A DNA stretch of 64,000 nucleotides from Cyanophora paradoxa CCMP329 (taxonomy: Eukaryota; Plantae; Glaucophyta). This document shows positions 48,279-57,293 of the stretch, in pieces. The notes under the pieces are model-generated. The model made no database searches. It saw nothing but the letters and a program-made list of their open reading frames with translations, and was not told where the DNA came from. A program made the position numbers and the translations under genes. How positions within the stretch are numbered: position 1 is the first letter of the stretch; each line of letters opens with the position of its first letter. Where the stretch lies: NCBI GenBank assembly GCA_004431415.1, contig QPMI01000469.1, positions 62,001 through 126,000 of the forward strand, given 5' to 3'.

Positions 48279-49124
48279 TTATGGGGTTGGGTCATCAATT
48301 ACATCTGGCTCTTGGTAAAACCCTGTTTGAGAAAGAGTATCAGGAGTAACACCTCTAAGAGCTGAGACAGCAGCTATATCTGTTCTGATACCCATAACTG
48401 TAATTGTATATTTTCCAATATCTGTAACAAACAGATCATAGGTGAAATTGTTATTATAAACACAGAACCCTGTGCCGAAATGATCATATCCCTGAACACT
48501 GAAATTGTATCTGTGACCTGGCTGGTTATTGTTGGCTCTACATAAAGAAAGCATTGCAGAAGGAATGACCAGCCCTCTCATTACTCTTTTGGTTCCTTCA
48601 ATCAATTCAGAGTTTTCAAGTGTGACAGTATAACCTTGGTAAAATTGAATAAGTGGCTGTTGTGCAACTGGTATATATAATCGAATTCGTTGGGGGTCTT
48701 CAACATTCTGTTCAAGAGTATCTGGGACATCATTATACGAAATTGAGGATGAAAGCTGACCTGAAACTCTGCAGCCACCCCCAATAAAAGCTCCTCCTGA
48801 TCTCACAGTAACAGCTGCAGAATTCTTATCGAAATCAAGGGCTTTCAGATCAACACTGTAGGCATCAGGACCTCCATTGGTAGGCTGGAAAAAGTTAGCA
48901 TTTGTGACAAGAAGTCGAGTTGTTTTAACCACACCAGAATTCTTATCAGCTCTCAGCTCTTTAACTCGAATAATCGAATTTTTATCAAAGGAGTTGCCAT
49001 TGGAATTGGGTCTCTCTGTGGATTCTAAACCACGAACCTCATCATTTACTTCATGCTGGCGAAAATGCATTGCAGGGGATCCAAGGGAATATATAGGCAG
49101 TTGAACTCGATTATATTCACCCAT
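48279..49124 (-). CDS. Fibre-like paralogue 2 (start more likely at MGEYNR, 49124)
   Basis: ELRADKNSGVVKTT..SGGAFIGGG module; C-terminus alignable to paralogue 1 (YDHFG..KYTITVMGIRTD). Confidence 0.65.
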   Translation of the reverse strand: MGEYNRVQLPIYSLGSPAMHFRQHEVNDEVRGLESTERPNSNGNSFDKNSIIRVKELRADKNSGVVKTTRLLVTNANFFQPTNGGPDAYSVDLKALDFDKNSAAVTVRSGGAFIGGGCRVSGQLSSSISYNDVPDTLEQNVEDPQRIRLYIPVAQQPLIQFYQGYTVTLENSELIEGTKRVMRGLVIPSAMLSLCRANNNQPGHRYNFSVQGYDHFGTGFCVYNNNFTYDLFVTDIGKYTITVMGIRTDIAAVSALRGVTPDTLSQTGFYQEPDVIDDPTP

Positions 49125-49159
49125 TGCTTCTTTTACTAAGAAGGAAAGAAAAATAATGT

Positions 49160-49426
49160 TCATTGTTCTTCTGTGACATTATTATACTCAATACCTTTCT
49201 TTACAGTTCCCTTTTGGAAAGCCTGCAACACAATTGCTTCCTTGGAGGTTGGTATTTGAACTCCTGATGAGATACAAGATTGAATCTCTTTCTGAACAAT
49301 CTCATCAATTGCAATTCTTGCCCTGTTATGAACAACATTATCAATCCAATCCTGAACAGAGGCAGCACAGTACTCCATTCCCAAATTTTCGGTATCAGAT
49401 AGAACAACTTGGTATATATTCGACAT
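49160..49426 (-). CDS. Small phage-type protein, candidate fibre assembly partner/chaperone
   Basis: 88 aa with LSDTE..MEY.A....WI.N...NRARIAIDEIV, which I recall from small ORFs next to C1q-type tail fibres in aquatic phages (not searched). Confidence 0.55.
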   Translation of the reverse strand: MSNIYQVVLSDTENLGMEYCAASVQDWIDNVVHNRARIAIDEIVQKEIQSCISSGVQIPTSKEAIVLQAFQKGTVKKGIEYNNVTEEQ

Positions 49427-49447
49427 TCCTACTTAATAGTGAGAAAA

Positions 49448-50472
49448 TTATGTGATACTTAGAAGTTCACCAGTAAACATGGTTCGACTTGAATAACTAC
49501 CTGTGGTTCCTGTGACAATTGTTACATATTCTCCTGCAGCAAGATTGAGTATAACATTTATATAAAGAGGTTTTGCTGCAATTGTTGTCGAAGTTCCAAA
49601 GGTTCCAATGGAAAGACCACCAGGGTTAGTGTCATTCACCTGCAAAGTAAGACTTACAGAAGATGAAGTTGTGGAGGCAGAGTTTACTGTAAATCTGTAA
49701 TGACCTGCAACAGGAGCTGTAAATCTTCCATTGCCTACATTGAATGCACCTCTGTTATCAATAAAAACTGTTGTCCAGTTAATGAGAGGGGCAGCACTTG
49801 TAGCAGTGTGTGTGTAACCAAGTTGAACACATAATCGAGGTTGAAAATCATACTTTAAATAACATCCTGTATTCAGGGTGAAACTATTGGCTTCCAGGGT
49901 CGCCATAACATCACTATTGCGTTTAAAAACCAGATTTGCGCTTGATCCTGTGTCTATTTCAGGTGTAACTATTTTGGTAGTTGCTGAAACAATAGATTGT
50001 TGCGCCCCAGGAACATACACACCCCCATTTGCTGTTACCAAATCATTAAACGTAGTTGCTCCTGTTACTGTGATTTGTTCTGTTGTAAGATTCCCATTTA
50101 TTCTTGCTCCATCTCCAATGTATGCCCCTCCACTTTTTACCACAAGAGCAGAGTTATTACTTGTGTTATCAAAAGTAACAATCTTGGGTGTGGTGAACCC
50201 TCCCACATCATCATAAATTGCAGAATCCGAAACGATCTGTCCTGATTGAACTTGATTTTTATTCGAAACTATGAGACCTGTGGTTCTCACCTTCCCCCCA
50301 TTTCGATCACATCGAATTTCTTTGCATCTAATTACAGAGTTCTGCGAAAATGAATCTGCCCCAGTTGTTTCTGTACAAATAAAACCTGGGTTGCATCTGT
50401 TACAGCATGGTTAAGTTGGTGTATTTTTGGGGCAGCATAACAGAAAACAGGGACTGCTATTTGAGTAGCCAT
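49448..50472 (-). CDS. Fibre-like paralogue 3 with C1q-like tip; one 1-bp frameshift near 50388-50390
   Basis: Adding one C joins MATQIAVP..DATPGFICTET..KEIRCDRNGGKVRTTG to ORF 49448-50290. C1q-like GRFTAPVAGHYRF..LNLAAGEYV..FTGELL. Confidence 0.75.
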
Positions 50473-50494
50473 TCTTTATATTACACAGACAATA

Positions 50495-51567
50495 TTATAT
50501 GGCGCTTACCAGATAACAGCCCAAGTAACATCGTTGGCTTATAGTGATAGTAACACCTGTTGAGTTTAATATTCCAACACTGTCCCCATGTTAAGAGTAA
50601 TTAATGTTTCGTATGTGATAGCCATTTGTCCTGTTAATGAACATTGAAATTCGTAATTGGATGCAATTCCATTTATTGAAAGCTTTAAGATAGTCACATA
50701 AGAAGTCTGAGTATCTACTCTGAGAGCTGTGAAGAAAACCCTGTATACACCTGCAACAGGTGCAGTAAATAAATACCAATCATTCCAGTTGCCTTCATTG
50801 TTGACATAATAAGTGGCGAAACTAGGAACTGTAAAGGTAACTTGAGAGCCAGATGCCCATGATGATGTTGATACTGTCTGATTGGGTAACAGTTTTGTGA
50901 CACAAAATCTTGGGCAATAGGTCCTTTTCAGATAGCAAGTTGGAGAAAGTGTGAATGATTTTATCTCTGTCTCTGCAACTGTCGTTTTTTCAAGAGTGAC
51001 AATTGTATTACCATTTACTTTGTAGGTCATGTTGGAATCTGTTCCAGTACCAATTTCGGGTGTTTGAACTCTCAGAAATGCTTGAAGTGTCCCATAAATT
51101 ATATTTCCTAAAAGACCAGAGTTGATATTCATTAATTGAGTAAAACTGCTTGTCCCATTCACAGTCAACTGATTTGCTGTGACAGTCCCCACCACAATTG
51201 CTCCATCACCAATGTAGGCTTCTCCACTTCTGACTACAAGAGCCGAATTATTTATTGTGTTATCGAAATTAACTATCTTTGCTGTGGTGAATCCACCCAC
51301 ATTATCATATATTGCTGAATTGGGGACTATTTGACCTGCTTGAATCTGATTTTTATTCGAGATTATAATGCCTGTGGTTCTTATCTTGCCTTCATTTCGA
51401 TCACATCGAATTTCTTTGAATCTGAGTATATTGTTCTCTGTGAAAGAGGTATTACTTGAAGTTTCAGTGCAAATATACCCAGGGGTTGAATCAACTACTC
51501 CATGAGAGGTGCTATGGAGTGATTTGGCTGCAAGTTCATAGTTTGGGATCTCTAATAGTGAGGTCAT
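50495..51567 (-). CDS. Fibre-like paralogue 4 with C1q-like tip; one 1-bp frameshift near 50584-50587
   Basis: KEIRCDRNEGKIRTTG module; FTAPVAGVYRVFF. Adding one G restores the C1q-like end LNMGDSVGI..YLGCYLVSAI*. Confidence 0.75.
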
Positions 51568-51586
51568 CTTTATATTAATCAAATAG

Positions 51587-54500
51587 TTAAATTGCGACAG
51601 CAATGTAATGGATTGTCACAGTTTTGGATGAATTATTCATTGCATATGGATCAGTGAAAAGTTCACAAGTGAAATAGTTACTGTAAACCTCCAACAGGTT
51701 CACAGTAAAAATGACAGGAGTTGCTTGATAATTTGGATCTTGTCCTTCATGCCTTACTGTTGCTGTCACAACAGGAGGAGAAGCAAAGGCATTGGTAAAA
51801 TAGATAGTTAGATTGAACACATAGAGATTATTGTAGTTCAAAACAGGAGTAGTGTAAACATACTTTCCTGCTTGAATTTTCCCATTCAAATATGCATTGA
51901 GTTGACTGGAAAGATCTGCTTCTGTAATGCATCTACTGATAGTCTGATTATTTGAAGGGTTCATAGCATAGAAATTCCTTGCATAGGCATTCCCTCTCAC
52001 AAGTAGTGTTTGATCATAATAATTCTGCGAATTGTGGAAAAACCATGTTTCATCAAACATAGGTCCTGCTGGTTCTACAATCTGACCTGATCCTACATAC
52101 ATTGTGCTGTTGGCTCTAATAGTGGTTGCTGTGAATGGATCAAGAGTTGGTCTATTGGTCAAATCATTGTAGTTGCCTGAGAATATTGCAGGTTTGTTAG
52201 AGATATCTGTATTCCAATCATGAGTGTGTGCAAAGTCTGTAATCTCTGCCTTTGTGTGATTGTGAGCAAAATCTGTTATCTGTGACTTGGTGTGAGTGTG
52301 TGCAAAATCTGTGATCTCAGATTTAACATGAGTGTGAGCGAAATTCGTAATATCTGCTCTGGTGTGGGTGTGAGCAAAATCTGTTATCTGTGATTTTGTG
52401 TGAGTGTGTGCAAAATCTGTGATCTCTGCTCTTGTGTGGGTGTGTGATCTATTATTTAGATCAAGGAAGCTTCCCGAAAATGCAACAGGATGCAGATTTG
52501 CAGCAGTAGGTTTATTAATGAGATCATTATAATCTCCTGTAAATGAAATGGTTTTCAGTTCACCCCTTCCTACATAATCAGAAGGTAGATCAATCTTGAT
52601 GGGCATGATAGCTGGATCATCTGGAATCTCATACTCACCTCCTGGGTGAACCACAGGGAAGGTTTGATTGCTTTCAGTGTGGACAAAGAAATTGCATGCT
52701 GTTACTGTTCCATCAATAATCCCACCTGTGAGAGGGAGGTAATTTCCTGTGACTCCTATACCTGCAATGATTGTATTAAGTTCTGTTTCATCTATGTAGT
52801 TCTGGGCTTGAAGGTAATCCTCTGTCACCACTCTTGATATGGTCTCATTGTGAATATTCTTTGCTGCTGCCCTCTGATTGATCTCTAGAACTCCCTCACC
52901 AACTCCACCATTATAATTCGTTTTGATCCATGCCATCTCACATCTCTTATAGTCATCTCGATTTCCTATGAGAGCATCAGGTAACAGTCTCTCCCTGCTA
53001 AATATTAACTTTGGTCTTGAACCATCCAAATCACTCACATCAGTAACATTTATTTGGATTGCTGCATCTTTATCATCAAAGTTCACTGGATCAGATGGAA
53101 GTGGTGGTAATCCTGCTGTCATTGGGATGTCATCAGCATAGTAACTTGTCAAATAGATACCTGGTTTGGTGTCCAATGCTCCAAAGTTTCCACCTGCTGC
53201 AATCATCTGCATTCTTGTAGGGGGTCTGATGTATAATTCACCCTCCATAGTGGTCCCTGCATCAATGCCTTTTCGATTTACATAATAGTCATTGAGTTGC
53301 GGCCTTTCAGGTATGGCATTGCTCTGGTAAAGACTCACACCATGTGGGAAATCTGTTAACAGATTGCCTGCAGATGCAAATTTGGGTTGCTGATCGATTT
53401 CACTCCAAGGGTGTCTGTGATTGCAGTTGGTGATCTGGGTATAATCATGAGTGTGAGTATCAGGAGGGAAGGTGATAGGTTTGTCTACAATATTTGACCA
53501 GGCATGGGTGTGATCATCTGGGGGAAAAGTCAATGGTTTGTCCACAATATTCGACCAGGCATGAGTGTGATCAAAATCTATAATTTGGTCTTTGGTGTGG
53601 GTATGGTTTTTGATCCACCCATCCACAACATTTGAAGTTGAATGATGTGGGAGGTTTGCATTAGATGTAACAGTAAGAAAATCGACAGTTATATTGCTTG
53701 CATAAAGGTTACTTGTGTAAAGGTTACTGGTTACAGTAAGGTCCCCTGTGATTGTTCCACCAGTTTTGAGAAGATACTTTGATAATTCAAGAGCAAGTTC
53801 ATTTTTCGTTACATAATTTGCGAGCATAGCAAGGGTGACTATATTCACAAGAACAACAGCAGTAAGGTAATCCTCTGTGACCACTCTCGAAATATTTTCA
53901 TTGTGTATGTTTTTTGCAGCCATCCTCTGATTGGATTCCAGAACCCCACCATAGTTGGTTTTAATCCATGCAAGCTCTGCCCTTCCATAATTATCATTTG
54001 CAGTTCCCACTATGGGAATGTAGGAATATTTATCTCTGCTGAATACTATCATTGGTCTTGAGCCATCTAAACTGCTTACATCTGCTACATGAACCTGTAT
54101 AGCAGAGTTGTAATTTTGGTAGGTTGCTGGGTCTGTAGGGACTCTGAATGTATCTGTGGGAATGTCAGCCTCCATGTAGCTTGACACAAAGATATTTGGT
54201 ATGGTTGCTCCTGGTTCAGGTGGTGGATTATAAGAGCCTGGTAATGTCCTAATATGAAGTGGTCCTCTCATAGCTGAATTTGCAAGTGTCCCATTCACAT
54301 GAACATAGTGTTCATTCAAAAAGATCCTTTCAGGGATATTACAAGTCTGGTAAAGAGAAACCCCCAAGTTATCAAGAGGCTCCACCTTTGCGAATTCTGG
54401 TTGGTCATTGATCTCATCCCAGGTGTGTTCATGGTTGCTTGCTGCAAACTTATCTGGAATCCCATCAATTTCACCCCAATCATGCCTGTGATCCTCTGGT

Positions 54501-55870
54501 GGATACTTCTGAGGTTTGCCTAAGATCTCATCCCAATCATGATTGTGATCCTCTGGGGGATACTTTGCAGGTTTATTATTAATTTGTTCATAATCAGGAA
54601 AGAACTCCCAGATCTCAGGTCGAAATCCATCTGGTAATAATTCCTCATGGGGTTCATAAGGTTGCTCATAGTCAACAGCTGGTGGATCATGCCCATCTGG
54701 CAAATACTCCTCATCAGGTTCATAGTTCTGCTCATACTCAAACTCTTGTGGATCTAAGCCATCTGGTAGTATCTCCTCCTCATTGGGATCAAACTGATCA
54801 TATTCATATTCTTGTGGGTCAAAACCATCTGGTAAATATTCTTCCTCATCTGGAACGAATTGATATTCATCAAGCTCTAATATATCGACTTCAGGAGGTA
54901 AATACTGCTCATCTATTTGCTTTCTGGGTTCAATTATAGGTTTATTGCGAACTTGCTCCCAACTAACAATATGCTGCCCAAAGGCTACATCTTCAGTTGC
55001 TGTGTATTCTCTTCCAGGCTGCTTCTTTGGTGTTAAATCGGGAGGTCCATTGGGAAATGGAATAGGGAATGGGACTGTTGGTCCATTGGGACCATAATGC
55101 TCGATTATTTCCCTTAGAGTTTTCTCACTCACAAGTTTCTCCCCATTTGCATACACATTGCTGCCATGGATATTTCGCCATTGCCTTGTTCGAATTCCAA
55201 GGTCTTTCACATTGCTATACAAAGGCAAAAGGTGCCTATCCATTTCGACTAAATCAGGGTGTAAATGGATTGCTACTGGTTGACTGGGGCTACTGTTGAT
55301 TGTAATTGATGGCTTTTTTTGATGGACATCTTTTGGAGTAAAAAACCCAAAAGGCTCATTCCTCGCAAAGTCATATGTAATATCCTTGGGGTATACATCA
55401 TTTGTGTAGGAGACCTGATTTGTGTTGGCAATGGGACCCACTTGCAATACTTGGGGGACCTCAGCTTTTGCAGTGTTGCCCTCACTGTAAATTCGCAAAG
55501 CTGTGTTCTGTTTGCCCTGCTCATCTTGAACATTGAAAATCAATCGACCACTATCGAACCTGGAAGGTATATCTGGGTGAGTGCCACTGGTTTTTAGTTT
55601 CCTAGGTCTCCTTCTTGTTGCTTTGATCTCTGCCACTTGGTTTGCTTTCACATTACCCAAGGTGAAAGCAACACTGACATCCTCCTTATCTGGATCGGTT
55701 TGATTCACAGATAAAGCATGCTCCCTTGATTGAGTCTTTGAAGAATTATCCGAGCTGTGGTCAATTGAAACTGAACCCTTTACTTTAATATTATCAAAGT
55801 TCACATGCTTGGTGCTGCTTGCATTATCATCTTGAATGGTTTCTAGATTGGGTGGGTAATTGAAGCTCAT
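51587..55870 (-). CDS. 1427-aa tail-fibre-like protein with acidic repeats, HxH tail repeats, a duplicated internal module and a C-terminal H-type-lectin-like domain
   Basis: EEYLPDGxDP repeats; HTHTKSQITDFA and HTHAWSNIVDKP repeats; YLxxTGGxIxG shaft motifs; two copies of GVSLYQ..AWIKTNY..ISRVVTEDYL; C-terminal F..AFASPPVVTAT..IHYIAV. Confidence 0.8.
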   Translation of the reverse strand: MSFNYPPNLETIQDDNASSTKHVNFDNIKVKGSVSIDHSSDNSSKTQSREHALSVNQTDPDKEDVSVAFTLGNVKANQVAEIKATRRRPRKLKTSGTHPDIPSRFDSGRLIFNVQDEQGKQNTALRIYSEGNTAKAEVPQVLQVGPIANTNQVSYTNDVYPKDITYDFARNEPFGFFTPKDVHQKKPSITINSSPSQPVAIHLHPDLVEMDRHLLPLYSNVKDLGIRTRQWRNIHGSNVYANGEKLVSEKTLREIIEHYGPNGPTVPFPIPFPNGPPDLTPKKQPGREYTATEDVAFGQHIVSWEQVRNKPIIEPRKQIDEQYLPPEVDILELDEYQFVPDEEEYLPDGFDPQEYEYDQFDPNEEEILPDGLDPQEFEYEQNYEPDEEYLPDGHDPPAVDYEQPYEPHEELLPDGFRPEIWEFFPDYEQINNKPAKYPPEDHNHDWDEILGKPQKYPPEDHRHDWGEIDGIPDKFAASNHEHTWDEINDQPEFAKVEPLDNLGVSLYQTCNIPERIFLNEHYVHVNGTLANSAMRGPLHIRTLPGSYNPPPEPGATIPNIFVSSYMEADIPTDTFRVPTDPATYQNYNSAIQVHVADVSSLDGSRPMIVFSRDKYSYIPIVGTANDNYGRAELAWIKTNYGGVLESNQRMAAKNIHNENISRVVTEDYLTAVVLVNIVTLAMLANYVTKNELALELSKYLLKTGGTITGDLTVTSNLYTSNLYASNITVDFLTVTSNANLPHHSTSNVVDGWIKNHTHTKDQIIDFDHTHAWSNIVDKPLTFPPDDHTHAWSNIVDKPITFPPDTHTHDYTQITNCNHRHPWSEIDQQPKFASAGNLLTDFPHGVSLYQSNAIPERPQLNDYYVNRKGIDAGTTMEGELYIRPPTRMQMIAAGGNFGALDTKPGIYLTSYYADDIPMTAGLPPLPSDPVNFDDKDAAIQINVTDVSDLDGSRPKLIFSRERLLPDALIGNRDDYKRCEMAWIKTNYNGGVGEGVLEINQRAAAKNIHNETISRVVTEDYLQAQNYIDETELNTIIAGIGVTGNYLPLTGGIIDGTVTACNFFVHTESNQTFPVVHPGGEYEIPDDPAIMPIKIDLPSDYVGRGELKTISFTGDYNDLINKPTAANLHPVAFSGSFLDLNNRSHTHTRAEITDFAHTHTKSQITDFAHTHTRADITNFAHTHVKSEITDFAHTHTKSQITDFAHNHTKAEITDFAHTHDWNTDISNKPAIFSGNYNDLTNRPTLDPFTATTIRANSTMYVGSGQIVEPAGPMFDETWFFHNSQNYYDQTLLVRGNAYARNFYAMNPSNNQTISRCITEADLSSQLNAYLNGKIQAGKYVYTTPVLNYNNLYVFNLTIYFTNAFASPPVVTATVRHEGQDPNYQATPVIFTVNLLEVYSNYFTCELFTDPYAMNNSSKTVTIHYIAVAI
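52222..52446. repeat. 36-bp coding tandem repeat (HTHTxxxITDFA, ~6 copies)
   Basis: Read from the DNA and its translation. Confidence 0.9.
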
Positions 55871-55913
55871 GGCTTTTACTATATGGATTTATAAAATTCC
55901 TGATAAGTAAAAG
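55871..55913. promoter_or_regulatory. 43-bp divergent intergenic region with inverted AGTAAAAG motifs next to both start codons
   Basis: CTTTTACT at 55873-55880 and AGTAAAAG at 55906-55913. Confidence 0.5.
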
Positions 55914-56147
55914 ATGCCTCTCAAGGTCGTTTTAGCATTGTCAGGGGGAGGTGCAAGGGGCATTATCATAACCAGGCTGCTAAAAGAAATCGAAAATCGA
56001 ACTGGCAGGAGAATAATCGATCTTGTGGATCTTGTGAGTGGAACTTCCACTGGTGGGATCATTGCAATAGGTTTGAATATAAGGCATCCTGATAGACCAG
56101 GTGAACCTAAACTGACAGCAAACGATTTACACAATATTTTGTTTTAG
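55914..56147 (+). pseudogene. Patatin-like phospholipase, N-terminal fragment interrupted at ~56140
   Basis: LALSGGGARG glycine loop and GTSTGG nucleophile motif are present. The catalytic Asp (DGG) region is missing, and composition changes at the break. Confidence 0.85.
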
Positions 56148-56739
56148 GAGGTTTTATACGTCCCAGTAGACCTTAGCAACCTTCCCGTAGCGTACCAGCA
56201 GCAGGCGAGCAGGCTGTCACGTTGCAAGAGAAAGCTGCTAATCACAGACTACTGTGTACCCTAGGACACGGCTACCGGAAAGTATCAAGCTAGAGTCAGA
56301 AAAAGTAGCTAGGGTCGCATCTTCGTACAGGGGTACAGTGACTCAGGAAATCGCGAGAAGCCGCGGGTCAAGTCACGGTACTACTGCGAACGAAGTGCAA
56401 ACGAAGCACTAACGGCTAGGAAACCCTATCGGCAACAGCTCTCCAGGTCCTCACAGACGCTTCCACGCGGCTGGATCAGAAGAGATGTAGAGCTGCGCAT
56501 TTGGTTGAGGGCAAACCAGGCAGCGGTGATCAGCCGCTGACCCAGCGCCAAGAGAGAATTCCCGAAACTCGCAAGCCACATCCCAGTGAAGGGCACGTCA
56601 TCGACAACGGAAGTGAATCCGGTAAACCGCAGTACCACTGGGAGATCATGTGCTGGTACGCCGACTGAGTAATAGTGCTTCGCCGACCTTTAGTACACCG
56701 ACAAGGTCGGTGTTTTCCCACGGGCGATTACTCCGACCA

Positions 56740-56828
56740 GGTCGGTGTAATAGGGGTCGGTGTAATAGGGGTCGGTGTAATAGGGGTCGGTGTAATAGGG
56801 GTCGGTGTAATAGGGGTCGGTGTAATAG
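56740..56828. repeat. 15-bp tandem repeat GGTCGGTGTAATAGG (~6 copies), preceded by CCGAC/GTCGG hairpins
   Basis: Read directly; hairpins ACACCGAC-aag-GTCGGTGT and ATTACTCCGACC-a-GGTCGGTGTAAT. Confidence 0.92.
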
Positions 56829-57293
56829 CGAACGTTGCCAACTGGCCCACTCGTTCTTTTCATCCCAGCGGCGTGTGGCTATTTGATTTAATGTTTAAAT
56901 TCCATCACACATGTAGCTGAATAAGTTTGACTAGAAAAAGCTGTCGCACAGAATACCTCCTGCGTATATCTAGCTATAATGCATATATATTTATCTGGGA
57001 AAGGATAAGGCAGGTCCCGAAGAAGAGACGAATGTGTCCCGCACCTCGAACCTTGAGCTTGTTGGCACTGGCTGGAACTGCGGACTTTGTTGAACGCATT
57101 GGCGAACTCTCCAGAAGTTGACGGATTGGTGCAATCATTCTGCGAATGAGAAGCACATTTAACGAAATTATAAAAACAGCTTGGAAAGGCTCGAACCATG
57201 AGCAGCTTGGTAAGGCTCGAGGTTGAGGACGAGGTTGGAAAGGCTCGAACCATGAGCAGCTTGGAAAGGCTCGAGGTTGAGCTCGAGCCGGAC

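Larger units (their letters stand above)
45565..56139. mobile_element. Endogenous dsDNA virus-like element, left portion (Polinton-like virus, virophage or NCLDV-derived; class unresolved)
   Basis: Abrupt drop from GC-rich to AT-rich DNA; intronless co-oriented genes with ~20-30 bp spacers; fibre, DUF723-like, AdoMetDC and patatin genes typical of large DNA viruses. No hallmark capsid, polymerase or integrase in the window. Confidence 0.8.

Noticed and set aside
47422-55870. Diversity-generating retroelement or invertase shufflon acting on the fibres
   Set aside because: No reverse transcriptase, no template/variable repeat pair with adenine-specific mismatches, no invertase, and all fibre genes are co-oriented.
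45565-56139. Bacterial prophage contamination
   Set aside because: No consistent Shine-Dalgarno motifs or head/terminase genes, and it abuts an intron-rich gene and is followed by intron-containing DNA. A chimeric join still needs read-level exclusion.
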